From Trichosphaerium sp. ATCC 40318 (lineage: Eukaryota; Protista; Tubulinea), in NCBI GenBank assembly GCA_038496445.1, contig JALMLS010000009.1:206161-270160 (forward strand): DNA of 64,000 bases, written 5' to 3'. Shown here one piece after another: positions 37,231 through 59,518 of this stretch (position 1 is the stretch's first letter; every line of letters begins with the position of its first letter). A program made the translations under genes and the position numbers. The notes under the pieces were generated by a model. It was not told the DNA's origin. It searched no databases and saw only the letters and a program-made list of their open reading frames with translations.

Positions 37231-38039
37231 AAGAGAGCTTGCGGTGCTTTTCTTGTGCGTTCGGTTACTTTGTGGCAACAAGCAGGCAAGTGGCGTAGGA
37301 TTGTGTTCAAACACTACAAAACCTGCACTTTTATTTACTGTTTTTAGGAGAGCCGTGCAAAAGAGTTATAGTCTCAAACTAGAAAGTTTAAGAAGGTGCT
37401 TTGACTGAATATAGAAATCTGTATGCATGCTTATTACGAGATTGAATACTACCGAACGTGTGTACACGCGAGCTCCTCGGAGGCGTGCTTTAGCCCACAG
37501 AAGGAATGTGCGCTTGGACGCACTTTTTCTCGAAGCAACTATCGTACCTGTAGTCGCGGCATTGCCACAAAGACGCCGATGGCAACCTGATGACGCTACT
37601 ACGATCGACAAAAAGGATTATAAGGTAGTGTATACCTCCGATAATACAAACTGTCAAAAAAAACAGACACCATACTCCGGATGTCAATCACAATGCCCTC
37701 ATTGTGTAGCTCCAATACGCGTTTTCGCAAGTAGTATGCTATGACGTGCTAGCGTAGATTTTGTGACATGAAACATGAACAATAATGTTGCCATATCACG
37801 TGAGTGATTTATTATTCCGTGACGTGTTTACTTTATACGAGTGTCAATCATATGCGCACGCATCGATATATCACCTCAAATCCGTCTACGACAACCGTTT
37901 TATAATACAATCGCTTACAGATAGGCTCGTATACTGGTGATAGATTCTACTTTCAAAAAAGCGTGAATTCCTGTATTTCAATCATCCCGAATAGGTCAGT
38001 TTTTAAACAACAAACAACAGCAACAACATCTCAGCTAAC

Positions 38040-39014
38040 ATGAACGTATCAAAGATTGTCAACCAGAACAGCGGAGGCCCTGCCAACAGCCAAGCGAACA
38101 ACAGGATCACTTATATACCACGTATGAGCAACGTACAGAAAATGAGGCAAGCTGCCCGTAAGCACAAGAAGGAGAACCCAAACGGTAGACCAGTACGTAA
38201 CAGCTAGCAGGTATCAGCCAAAACTCACATTAAATCTAGTTGCTCTTTAAGGAAACGCCAGTAATGAAAGCGCTACGAAGGATTCAGCTAGCAGACGTCT
38301 GCGTTAAAAACCTTCCAAGACTAGAACAAATGTTCCCAATGGTAAAGAACATCATTATGTCTAAACGTTTAGAGGTACGCGTACAAAGTAACGAACAAAA
38401 CTCAAGACCAGACTGATTGATTTAGAATTGACAGCCAACAACTTTTTAATGTTTTGTTTTCATTCTTTTTTTTGTTCTACGCTTAGTATCTATCTAACAT
38501 TCGATATCAGGTGATAAAGCAAATGAAACTCTTGGAAATGCGTTCACGTGTTGAATTCACCTTTATCACCAAAGAAGAGGCGCAACTAGTGAACGGAGGC
38601 TACAAAGTTTACGATACAGCCACCAATGCTATCGTGACGGCAAAATAACTGTCCACTACTACTATTTGTACAGTCACGTCAATAAATGCAAGATTAACTA
38701 TTTTGTCAACATTGCCTTACATTGAAAATTCTTCTCTTTTTTGTAAAAGAAAACGTCAAGTATCCTTCAGTGAACTTGCTTCTCTCATTACCAACGTCAT
38801 TTTAACCACAGTCACAACAAAGACTCACATGCGCATACATCGTAGCCACTTCGTATACAGTAGAGCTGGTAAAACACGAAGTTTCTCTCCAGTCGTTCTC
38901 CCAAAAGACAAAAAGCGTAAGAAAAGTGGTAGAGCCGCTAATAGACAAAAATACAGCAAGCATGTAAAATCAGAGCGCAAATACAGTCAATTAAAGGCCA
39001 CACTAGGCTTATAA
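38040..39014 (+). CDS. Hypothetical basic protein, about 4 exons
   Basis: ATG at 38040, coherent exons, K/R-rich C-terminus (possible NLS), AATAAA after the stop. Confidence 0.55.
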
Positions 39015-39192
39015 ATTTGTAAAATAACTCCAAACAAAATAAACGATTTGTACAATAACGACAATCCCTAGTATACATTTATTGTCACATTATACCCATC
39101 TCAGCGACTCCCTAACGTTTTACTTCGCAATTTACCAGTATTTACTTTACTGTTTCAAACAACAGCTGTCAACCCTTTGTGCATTGGTACCA

Positions 39193-41055
39193 ATGTTCAT
39201 GTTGAGCGAAAAGCAGCCTTGTGGGCTGAATAACGCTGTTTTTTGGGGCACACTGTTAATACAGTTTTTAATAATCCTCTGTCTTCTTGAGATGCGCTCT
39301 GTGGGCAAAGAGGGCGCAGAATTTACAGGAGATCCTTCCTCAGACGTGATTTATCCAGATGGCCTTCAAGTACGCACCATAGCTGTTGCTTTGTCAACTA
39401 CAAACTTTTACAACAATTACAATTAATCCACGTAGCCAAACTATGACAAAAACATCATAAATTCGCCTTGTAGTTACATTTTACGTAGGGAAAGGTAGCC
39501 AAGCTTGAAAAGCAGTTAATGAATCTTCAAGTGCACTCTCTCGGTGCTGTCAACAACAAGCTAATCAGTCCAGAAGCTGTACGCAAGTATCAACAACAAT
39601 TCAGAACTCGTGACATTCCCGACACGCGAGATCCTCATTGCAAAAACCTTGTACGTAAACAATACCTTGATTACGCCTCCCTCTCAACACACGTAGGTTT
39701 ATGATGTTCTAAGTTTACCAACGGCTTCAATTGTCATCCCTTTCCACGGTGAAGAAGCACCAATGATGGTACAAATGCGCAACAGCCATTGTAGAAGCGC
39801 GTAATTTTTTTATTAGGTACAAACTCTAAAAACTATTCTGGAACGTACACCACCACATCTATTGGCGGAAATCATCGTTGTGGATGATTGGAACGAAAGT
39901 ACGTCTTCAAAAAAGGAAAAAAGACCAAAAAATTCTTTACTTCTAAACGTTTGTTTTAGAGCATCTCGATGAAGAGATAAGTATTGATCCTAAAGTAAAG
40001 ATTGTCCATCTACCAGAAAGAGCAGGTCTTATTGTAGGCAAAGTAGTAGGTACTGAGCATGCTATTGGCGCTGCTATTGTATTTCTTGAAGCTCATTGTG
40101 AAGGTACGTACTAAACAAGTGTACCAACTTCAATAATTTTTACTGTGACTGTAGTGAACGTTGGTTGGCTTGAACCGCTTTTAGAAATTATAAGGGATGA
40201 TGAAAAGGCTGTACCTATTCCAATCCTTGATATTATCGATGATAATGGTGCGTGATGAACACAATAACAAAACCCCATAATTTTTAATCAATTCAAGACC
40301 AAAAAAAAAACCTGATTGATTCCGCGTGAAATGACTCTAATGGTTGTATAGGCAAACCTGGAGCAGAGTATAAGGGAGCACCACTTAATAGAGGAGGATT
40401 TGATTCTAGACTCGGGTTCACTTGGATTCCTCTCAGTACGTAAACATAGCGAAGCTTTCTCAACGCACAGATTTTTGATTAACTTCTTTTTTAGCACCTG
40501 AGCAAGTGAAAAAACCAGGACACACTAACATCCCATCGCCTACTATGGCTGGTGGATTATTCGCTGTATCGCGCAAATGGTGGTCAATTGTAGGAAAGTA
40601 TGACGTTGGTATGAAGATTTGGGGAGCAGAGAATGTTGAGTTTTCTCTACGCGTTTGGAATTGTGGTGGCTCGCTCATTGAAGTGCCTTGTTCTCGTATT
40701 GGTCATGTATTTAGAAAAAGAGGTAAAACGATTTCTTGTTTTTCGGCGCGAACTATTTTAGCGTTTACAGCCTGTAGGTTTCCCTTATAAGTTCCCTGAT
40801 GGTCACGGAAAGACTGTATCACGTAATATCGCTCGTATGGCCGCTGTTTGGCTTGATGAACCAAGAAAATCAAACTTTCTTGCCAAGTATGATTGAAATG
40901 TGCACACTCATGTTCTAATGCGTTTATTTAGCCTACCAGACCCAGGAGATATTTCTGATCGCTTAAAAATTGTCAAAGATCTTAAATGCAAGAACTTTCA
41001 ATGGTTTCTGGATAATGTATACCCAGAAGCTCAAGATACCATTAAGAAAAGCTAG
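39193..41055 (+). CDS. Polypeptide N-acetylgalactosaminyltransferase-like (GT27), no lectin domain
   Basis: Type II TM; [83 protein letters not shown]. Confidence 0.92.
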
Positions 41056-41257
41056 GCACATAGTGAATGCCGTTTAAAAAACCCTGTAGAAATATAACGA
41101 ACAAAGATTGCTTCACACTTTTATTTGCTTGAAGAACGTGTTTTCGGGTTCCTTTAATATGTAACTACACAATTGTAGTGTACACTTGCGCCGTTCACAG
41201 GATTTAGCACTCAAAATCGATCATTTGTTTTTTTTCATTATCAGTTCGACTAGTACA

Positions 41258-42874
<1,617 letters not shown>

Positions 42875-43588
42875 ACAGTGCTTTTTTTTCAGTACTTGCG
42901 TAAGCGTTAGAATTCCACCCAAAGTGGGCGAAAATGACTGTTTTTCCTGTAGCCTTTGCAGTAGAAGGCATAGACTAGTTTCAAACATAGAGAGTCACGT
43001 TTTTTTGTGTTTTGTAAAATTGTTTTGATACAGTTACGGTTTGTACAAACAGCCATGCTTGCCGTGGTGGGTCTAGGATAGCCGCTAGTAGATATAGCGT
43101 TTCGAAAACATACTGCAGGTTGTGATTTCGTAGATCGGTTAAAGTTTACCCGCATTCACACTGTGAAGACTAACAAAAAAGTAGTTTATAATTTCTCACT
43201 GGATAGCCACACTTTGTCACTGTGAGTTTTGAGAATTATACCGAGAAAGTTTCGAAAGTACAGAAACTTCCAGATACTGCTACATAATGTAATCTATTAC
43301 CACAACTTGCCCAAAGACCCGAATTTGCCAAGAATATGCTGTGTGTTCTCCGAGTTTCGCCAAAAGCTTTTTGAAGAACCAATTAACAAAAGCAAGGTAC
43401 GTACTCTCCAAAATAAAATGTTTAATGCACTGGGAAATTACAATGTTCCGTTACATGGGCGCCCACAACTTTATCCAAAATCTCCGAAAAGTTATGAATT
43501 ATATCTTTTGTTCGACTGTTTTTGACTTTATTTTCCATACCTATCAATCTTATAAACAACAACACCTCAATTAATATAATATAAGACA

Positions 43589-45067
43589 ATGACCATGAGA
43601 TCAACTGTTTTTATTTCGTGTATACTGCTTGCGATTATATGTGTAACACGTGCACAGCAAATAACAAAAGACACAGAGTGGGAGCTAAATGTTGACAACA
43701 ATGGTGGTTCCTTACGTGCTACAAGCATGAAGCGTTTTTTCAATGGACTATGGTACTCTTCTCTTGAAGTAAACGCAGACAAGTCAAGTGGAAACTTGAA
43801 CTACATGTCCGGAGGTACAAGCCATTTCTTTCACTCAGAGCAAAAACAAAAGGAAAAAATAGGTTGTTAGAATACTTATCATCACTTAGCATCTGCTGCT
43901 CCACTCCTCGGTTCGGTAATAGCTCATTTCCCAGCTGCTACTCTTGGTTTCTTTGGAGCTCAAATTACTGTAGAAGAACCAACACAAGATGACGTACGTG
44001 CTTACTTGAGTACGCAGTGTCTAACCTATCGACATTAGCCTTTTAAACTTCAAGCTGATCTTGCTGCTGGGTTCATGGCTACTTCGTTCTATAAAATAGA
44101 AGAAAAAAATACTACAGGACATGTCATTGATACATTCTATCTCAACGTACGAATGATCATACTTGAAAGCTGTTTCGCTTTGTTCTATTTGAAGCGCTTA
44201 CTAAACACGTGATTAGAGAAACAACTATCAACTCACTGATATTGGAACTAAAGACTCTCTTAAATGGGGAACATACACTACCAGGATGGTTAGAAAAGGA
44301 GGTCTTATTCCTCCAGATACTGACTACCGCGGTGATCTTGCTATTACTTTTATGATTTCTGACTCACCTGGAACTTCAAACTTTAACACTAATGTCGGTC
44401 CATCAACACTCGTACGTTTTACAGAACCATCTATGCTCAGCGGCATTCTGATATCGTGCTAACCTCTCAATAGGAGAGTATTATTCAAATATCTGGATAC
44501 CAATACGCTAATGCTGAAAACAACTTGGTTCTCTCTATGGGTGTTGCTTCTGGAAGTGCTTCTTGGGAAGGCGAAGTGGGTGTTGTCACACAACAAACTA
44601 CAGATAATCCAGTATTTTTCAAAGTAGCCAAAGAAGCCATGTACAATTTGGAAACTAAACCAGTACGTTTTTTTTCTTCCGAAAAAACAAAGAAACACAT
44701 AAAAGAAGAGTATTACTTTTCAACCTTTTCCAACTGTTGCCCACCGCACGTCGCTTTTTGAAATCAATTGCAGCAAGATGTGTCAACAAATTAGCTAATG
44801 GAGCGTTAGGTCACAGTTTCGGCGTTCAAAACAGCCACTTTTGAAGCTGCTTTTGGTAACAACGTACAAATTGAAGCTCAGTTGAAATCAAAATTCAATG
44901 GAGATTGGGAAGCTAGGATCGTTGAGGTTGAGTTTGCCGCCGGTGCTGATCTCATAACATATGATCCAACTCTTGGTGCTACTATGAGTGATGATGACAC
45001 ATCAGACGCCGTCACAAACAGCATTCTCCTCATGTTTATACTTCTCATTATTTCGATGTTGCTTTAA
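43589..45067 (+). CDS. Secreted, probably GPI-anchored surface protein of unknown function
   Basis: N-terminal signal peptide; multi-exon; ends YDPTLG...SDA plus a hydrophobic tail (ILLMFILLIISMLL*). Confidence 0.7.
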
Positions 45068-45234
45068 ATAAATGGTGCACCTTTCTTATTTTAAATCAAG
45101 ATATGTATTGTTAAGATCGAAAGCCGTTTATCACTGTTAATTAAAATAAGAAGACTACAGTTTTGTTTCAGGTCGAGACTTAGCGTGTTTAATTATAAGT
45201 CATTGTAGCTGTCTTTTTTTTTGTATTCGAATAC

Positions 45235-47026
45235 ATGACCAGAATAATAAAAGCTTCTTGTAGCACGTGGGTTGCTACTATAGCTTGTTTAGTCATCCCT
45301 GCATTACTATTACAGCTATTCGTTATCTCTGGCTACAACTATGGTTCAAACGTACGTAACTCTAGCGAGATACGTAAAAAACTGAAAGTAACGCCAACAG
45401 ACAAACAGATTTTCTTTGATAATAAAAATAACGTTTCTAAGGGTCTCACTTAGGCTTCCAATATGCGTAAAGCGAAACCTAGGCGTGTAAAATCATCTAT
45501 ATTCAAACTTGAGCTGAAAGCAGCTTGGGTTACAATAGCAACTGATATAAACTACATTCGCGCTGTTCTATCATTTGCGCACTCACTCAGACGTGTTAAG
45601 ACAAAGTTTGATATGTACGGTGGTTTTCTTTGCTTGTTGATATCACGTGATTAATATTTGTGTTTCTAACGTTAGTATTTTATTGGCAAAAGATAAGTTA
45701 AAGCCTCATGAAGCTTTGTTGAAGAAAGTGTTCACTCATGTTTACTATATTGACGATATCATTGTGAAGCTCAAGAATGGACCTATTGAGTCAGATAGAA
45801 GCAGGTGTACGTTACAGGTTGGCAACAAAAAGTGAAAAGAACATGTCACTCCTATTTGACTTCTTTTCTTATTGTAGCTTTTTGGTTGAAGTTTCACGTA
45901 TTTAATTTGGTTCAGTACGACGTTGTGGCATATGTGGACTCAGATAGTCTTTTCTTTAAAAACATTGATCATGTGATGGGTTGTCCAACACCATGCGGTG
46001 TTTTTGATACATGGTATGTTCTGACACATGAACAAGCAAAAGCACTTGTTTATTTTGTTCATTTTCGTTGGAAGGGTTTATCGGACTGTTGAACGTATTG
46101 GTCCTGCAACAAATGCTGGTTTGCTTGTGCTTGAAACAGGGAAAGACCACTATAGAAACATCGTACATTTCTTGGAGAACGACGTTGCTCATGAGAGGTT
46201 CATTAAGTTATGTTGCTAGGATTGTTAAGTTTTTTTGTTTTATAGCCTTGGATACATGAGAGATTGGCATGGCACAGCTTTTGGGGCATGGGATCAAGCT
46301 ATATGGAACATATATTATAATTATAGTATCACAAGTTTAGCACCTAGTCTAGGTACGTTGAAGTAATGCTAAAAACAACTTTAACATTTCTTTGGCTGGC
46401 GTTGAATCTATGGGTGTAACGTGGTACCCCACTTTATGGTAATCAAATACTATTATGCTTCATATGATTAAGAGGTTTTAAAGGGATCCTGATGCTCCTG
46501 CGTCTTTGGTGCATTTTGCTCAGGACTTCAAACCTTGGAATATGGGTGACATTGACAAGATGATTGTAAGTCAAATCTTGTGGGTTTTTATCTTCATTTT
46601 TTTGTAAAGGTTTTTTTATAGGTTTACGATCATTGGTTGTTAAGAGATATATTCAAAAAATCTAAAGTAATTGTTGATGATTTGATGCAAAATGGTTTAT
46701 CAAAGATTGACGCCAAAGAGGCCAAAAGGTGAAGTTTTTTTGTTTGTTGCTTGCTTTTTTTTACTCTTTGTTTTCCAGATTACCACCGAAGCTCACAGAA
46801 GAATATAATCCTAGAACATGTTTCTTCCATTGCTCGGTATTATAAAACCAAAAAAAATTAGCTTCTACTACTAACATAAGATGTAGATGATCCCAAAAAA
46901 CTTTACAACTCTGTATTGCTAAGCAAAAAATTTGTTTTTCTTTTGACTCTTTTCACTAGGGATTGGCATGTTGTTCATAAGAAATCAATAGACATATGGA
47001 AAGGTTATTTTAAGTACGTTATATAA
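45235..47026 (+). CDS. Glycosyltransferase family 8 (glycogenin-like), type II membrane
   Basis: AWVT..NY..A...SLR, KFHVFNLVQYD.VAYVDSD (DxD), NAGLLVL, DQAIWN, VHFA..KPW. Confidence 0.88.
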
Positions 47027-47346
47027 GATTTATTTGATTAAAGTAAAGGCTAAACAATAACATAGCAAACAAATTCGTAGCTTAAGTCACAAGCAAATAC
47101 AAAAAGGCTACCTTGAAAAAAAACACATGATACAGACAGAACTAAAGACTTACGAAAAAATGAAAAAGAGGCTAGAAGACGATGAAAGGGAGCTATCAGA
47201 AAAAATATCAAAAATGGACAAAAACTAAACAAAAAAAATAACACGTGGGGAAAAAAAAACCAGAAAAGACAAAAAAAAAAAACCAACTTGTAAACCAGTT
47301 CACTAAAGTATTGTTTAATAGTGCTTTTCTAAATACAATTGGTAGT

Positions 47347-49651
47347 TTACTTGTTAGAACCGTCCAGTTTACATACAAATTGTTCATCCCAACCATGACT
47401 AGCACCCCAGAATGTTTGACCAGGTTTATCATACTCAGACGTAACAGAGTCATCAATGTTGTAAACCTCTCTTATTTTCTTCAACAAAGCTTGGTTTTCA
47501 GGGAAACAATGAGGGTAATTATTCATTCCATCTTTCAATGCCATCTTCGAGAATATGGTTGTACCATCTTCAGCAACAAACTCTAACAAGAACAATAAAT
47601 ACAAACAAAACAAAAACCATCAAAAAAACACCCACAAAGCACCACAACCTGAACACCTTTAAGAGAGGTGCTCAAGTTGAAGCGTAGTATTTTAATACAG
47701 GTGCAATTGTAAATGCTCTTGGCATCACGACAAGGTACTATAAAAGAGACATAAATAAAACGTATGACACGTACCGAAACAAGCAAGTCTTGGCATTTCA
47801 GCATTGTAAACAAACTTGGCGTTTGGTAAGATTGAGCTGATAACTTTACACTTCTCTTCGTATATTGTCTTATATCCACAGTTTGTGCAAATCTCACAAA
47901 ATATTGTTGGACCAGAATCATCCTCGACATCTTCTATCTTGGCATCCTAAGCACAAAAAATCAATAAACAGACTTTGAATGGTTCAGAGTGCATTCTCCA
48001 TACCTTTTTGCTGACTTTCTTAGCTGCAATACGCTTCACTGAAGGTAACTGAGCTAATTCTTGAAGCGAAGGACAGTAATAGTAGTTTGATGTTACAGCA
48101 CGTGTCATTTTAAATAAGTTATCAATGCTTCCGTCATCCTGGAACTTTCCAGCCATACGATCAAGTGCAGTCTCGAATTCAGATATAGTACGAGCGAACG
48201 CAATGAAATACAAGCCTTCTTCTTCGCCCATGACATAAGGCATAGCCTTGAAAAAAAACATTAACGTCGAACCTTGCTTTGACTGTTTTTAGCTCTATTT
48301 GAATACGTACTTGTCTGTAAATTGCAGCGTGACTGCGGTGGGTATGCCATGCTTCTTTTGATTGGGTACTAGTCTTTCCTGGTGCTTTCCTATCACGGTA
48401 GTAATCATTATCTAAACGAGCATTTTCAGGTCTGTGGTCTGCTCCAACATGCTTTTGGACAACATCATAATCGCGGCCTATGACTTCATCTCTTTCCCGT
48501 TTTGCCATTGCACGGAACTTGGTCAAATTATGAATAAAACGACCAGCATACCTAGAGAAGCATCAGCAACAACAACAACAATGAAAACTTCATTGAAAGA
48601 GCAAAACTGTTGCAATTCAATGTCAAACGTGTGGTTTGATGTAAAACGTACATGAAGGAGCCTCCTGCGTGGGTTTCTTTGTCATCTCTTGGGAACATGA
48701 CGACTTGATCTATAACTGCACGTAGAGTATGATCTGGGTTTCTTGTACCGTCAACAAAGCCGCTAAGATCACGAGCCATGTTTGGTGTGAACTCTACAAA
48801 AAAGCCGTTTAGCGTCAAAGAAAGAACGCTATCCGTAAAAACTACGTACGCTTCGTTGGCAGGTACGTAAATGAGCTGACTTGATTAAATGACTTGGTGT
48901 TAGGACCAAGAGCAATGCGAAACGCTCTTGCGACTTGGTAGCAATGGTCTGTACTTGACGCTCTTACGAATAGAAAGATGTGATCAGTTGCTGCTGGAAA
49001 TAATACATCTTTTGTCTTTCCAGCTGTTTTTGTTTTAAAAGGTTTTAGCTCTGTCGGTGGCGTTGCGTCCCACAGTTTCCAAAGGTCTCTATAAATACCA
49101 GTTAGCACCTTACGATTTTGCATTTTGTTTCAACGGTCTTACGAAGTTACAGCTACAACAGAAGCTATTTGGCCCATCCCTTCAAGTTCTAATCTGTCTG
49201 TTACGTCTGTAGTGATGTTGGGAACGTCGGAGATTGCTTGGCGTACAACTGCATCGTCAAAGTCATCATTTAGGGTGACTATAACGCGTTAGTTGGTGAA
49301 ATGAGAAATTCAGAGTTTTAAATTAGCGTAAGAAGCGTAATGTCCTTTTGCTATGACAATGTAAGTGCGCGTACCTGAAACAAAGAGGCCGTAGTCTTTT
49401 CCAGTTGCGAGTACACCACGTTGTACACTATCAACGAAATGCATCTTTGGCTGATACTACGAGTTGTTAGAGGCTATATAGGCGCGAACCTAGTTGTATA
49501 CCGGTGAAGCTTGGAAACTTTTTTCTCTCCACCCTGAAGCGTCCATTCGGCGTTGGCTCATTTGTTTGCTTGTAGTTGATTTGTTTTTGGTTGCTTTTGG
49601 AGGAGTTGCAGATGTCGGGGTTGGTTTGGCTGCTGTCTGTTGGTTGCCCAT
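47347..49651 (-). CDS. Dye-decolorizing peroxidase (DyP) fused to a C-terminal Rdx (SelW/SelT/SelH-like) CxxC domain; N-myristoylation motif
   Basis: MGNQQT; RDLSGFVDGTRNP, EVIGR, AWHTHRS, IYRQAMPY, GLYFIAF (DyP); then EICTNCGY...PRLACFEF..DG..IFSK...FPE (Rdx). Confidence 0.88.
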
Positions 49652-50077
49652 GTTAATATGTAAATAAACTTAATAACCAGGTATTTTCGCTAATTTTAAA
49701 ACATCAGCGAAAAACACAGAAGACAACTGATCACTGAAGCTCGGTTTTTGGTTCTGTCTATTCGGTAATTTGTTCACAACTATTCACAATCATGGGCTGC
49801 TCAAATTACATAGTTGTCGTACGTTAGGTGAAGATATACGCAATATTTACCGAATGTGTACTGTAAATATTGTGGCGACGCCCCAACTAGCTTTGTTGTA
49901 TTAGTCACAATGTCGCTTGAATGTCAAATCGTAAAGATGTTAGCCTAAAGCTGCATTATTGGGACCCAACACCGTTCAATGAAATATATTAACGGTTGTT
50001 AACAGCAGACTACTAGTAGGAACTATTCTTTATTCATGTTTTGTTAAAACTCGGAGTGAAATGGCTTTTATATTTGG

Positions 50078-52037
50078 TTACAGGTTAGTATAGCATTGCT
50101 CTAAAAATGAAAATATGTTCCTATCACCTACAGCCTATGCACAAGATTAAAAAAAGTCACACAACAAATTTTTTGTTGAAATATTTTTGAGTACTTACCA
50201 TGCCTATGACATCTTCTATAAAGTCTATTGCGTGTATACGATGCAAAAAAGGAGGTACAGATATAAAGTAAGCATAGACATCTTCTACATACTCTTTGAA
50301 TTTCTCCTCAGCCAACTGTGAAACAAAATCATCAGATTGTTTACAGACATCACTAATAGAAGCTTTTTTAATAAAAACTGCTTCGTCCATTTCCTTTTGT
50401 TCTCTTTGATTTACGCTTTAACAAAACCGGTTTTGAGAAGTTGAGGAGAAGATATTAGAGTACCGTAGGTGCGGATCCTCTAGAGTATCGATGTGGAGCA
50501 GTAAGTCTACCTGACGGACTGCTCAGTTTTCATTTGCAGTAGTTTACGTACTTTATCACTTGATCCATAGAGAGGTATGAATCTATTATGAAGAAGCTTG
50601 AAAGCATAAGTATTGCAGTTATTGAATGGGAAATAAGTAAAAGTTTACCTCCTCAAGCAGTGTTGGACTATTTTTTTTATCAAACTTTCGAGAGAACTGT
50701 TGTAAAAAAATAGCTACAGCTAAAAGAAAAGTATCAGTCGTCAATGTCATTACTATTAGTATTCTACCTCTACCCAGTTGTGTTTCGGACCATCTAGAAC
50801 TTAAAGGCATAGGTATAGGATACACATCATCCATAGTAGCCTACTCAAGTATTAAAGAGTGACTGATGCTATTTTTTGTTTATCGTACAACTTTATTGTT
50901 AGTGTACCACGTGTTTATAGATATACTTCCTTCCTCACTTGATACCTAGTAACTCCCGTTGGTTTTGGAAAACTTAGAACAAGAATACCTCAACTTGGTG
51001 GAACCACAGTGGTGGGAGATACAAGAACTATTTACAAAAAGAGAATCAAAACTTGTTCAAAAAAAAAGAACATTGTCGTACGTCGCCTGGTCTTAGCTCA
51101 ACCTGTCAACGAATCAGATTGCAATAATTAAAATAATGCAGTACCTGTATCCCTTCTAGATTAGCGACGTTTGGATGAATATCCATATTCACATTATCAA
51201 GATCAACTTGTGACTGTCTGTGCCGAGGATGCGATTTCGGATATACATATAAATTTCTTGCTTGTTCTATGTATCTATGAGATCAACCGACAGACTTCTA
51301 CAACGCGCTATAGTACGTCCTGGTTTGCTGGTATAATATATTGTATTATTACTCAGGTTCTGTAGACGTACGTGGTGCAAATAGTAAGAACTTCTTTGTT
51401 CCGTAAACTTGCAAAAAAAAATTATCAAAGCGATCATAATGAAGAGGTGTGGTTGCTCCAATACCACCCATCCATATATTCTGCATGGTTTCTTCTGGGT
51501 TAACACCCTCAATAAATACCTGAAGGTCATAGTAAATATCATAGTAGATGTCAACAGGAATATACCGTACATCGTCTCCAACATCTTTTTTAACGTCTCC
51601 CAACATGTGAATTGGCGCTGACATATAAATGTAGTAACCTCGCTTATTTGTACTAGATGCGGTTTCCCAAAACTGTTTCATTGTAGCTGGTACAAGCTTG
51701 CAGCATCCAATGGTGAATCTACGGTTCTTTGCCATTTTTACACCAAACCTGGATGAAACGTGCTGCTGTAGGTATTCTGGATTCCAATCGCGTGGGGCAC
51801 TCCATTTATGAGCAGGAGAGTCGGTTAAAACAATTGGAGAATAAATGTCATCAAAAGAATCAATATCGCTCCATTTGACGCGCTCTAGTTCTGTTGGCGT
51901 AATTAATAACCTGTGTAACGCTTTTTTAACAACAACTCATTTGTTTCGCTTTTCATACGCTTTTGTACTGTAGAATGATGAAGTAAAACAAACAAGGAGC
52001 AACCAGACACCATTGGTAGTATGCATACCTGCTCCAT
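50078..52037 (-). CDS. JmjC / cupin-8 2OG-Fe(II) oxygenase (JMJD5/FIH-like); start uncertain
   Basis: NIWMGG.GATTPLHYDRFDNFFLQVYGTKKFLLFAP, LRPGD.LYLPPLWFHQV (HxD...H). Confidence 0.88.
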
Positions 52038-52186
52038 AGACCCAGTTTCGGTTAAGTCAGCGTAGTTCTGTATTACCTTGCTCTGGAAGCAATCCAAGCT
52101 AAGTGCTGACCATCAACTATTACGTGAATATCTCTTAGCTTTGCCTGGTAATGAATTCGTTTTGGCTTGAACGTCACTATGCGTAT

Positions 52187-52479
52187 GGGGCAGCATCGCT
52201 TTTGAGACAGTTTCAGAAATTCCGAAATTTTTGAAAAAGTTTGTTTTGAAAAAAATTGCTTTGACTGTCGGTACTTTTCCTCCGCACAGCACGAACGAAT
52301 CGCAAAATGGTTTTTAAGCCTATAAGTATAGAATACTAGTTAAATGTTCATAATAACAATTTTTGGTTAAGACGGTTCTGAGGTGAGTAAAAACGTCTCA
52401 AAGATTCTCGAAATGCCGTAAATATCAAAAATCAAAAATGTCGTAATTTTCGAAACTGTCTCAAAAGCGATGCTGCCCC
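52187..52479. mobile_element. MITE-like element with terminal inverted repeats
   Basis: A perfect 28-bp IR (GGGGCAGCATCGCTTTTGAGACAGTTTC at 52187-52214, complement at 52452-52479) extends imperfectly inward and outward; the interior is non-coding. Confidence 0.7.
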
Positions 52480-52695
52480 TATTATGATTCACCCGGGCAA
52501 AACTATATGACACCCTTGCCATAGGGGTATTTATTGCCCCGGTTTCGTTGTCGTGCATTGATTCTACAGCTCTGTGGTACAATTTCGTCTCAAATGTGAC
52601 ATATTTCCTCCGCTGGATTCTCCTCCCTTAGTGACATTTAATTGAACTATTGCAGTGGGCTGCAGCAGCGGTCTCTTGTTTGTCACAACATCGTG

Positions 52696-59518
<6,823 letters not shown>

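Noticed and set aside
37300-37800. Extra upstream exons for the CH-BTB gene
   Set aside because: Exon-like pieces exist, but I could not link them in frame with confidence.
47870-47895. Selenoprotein (CxxU) in the Rdx domain
   Set aside because: Both codons are Cys (TGC, TGT); there is no in-frame TGA.
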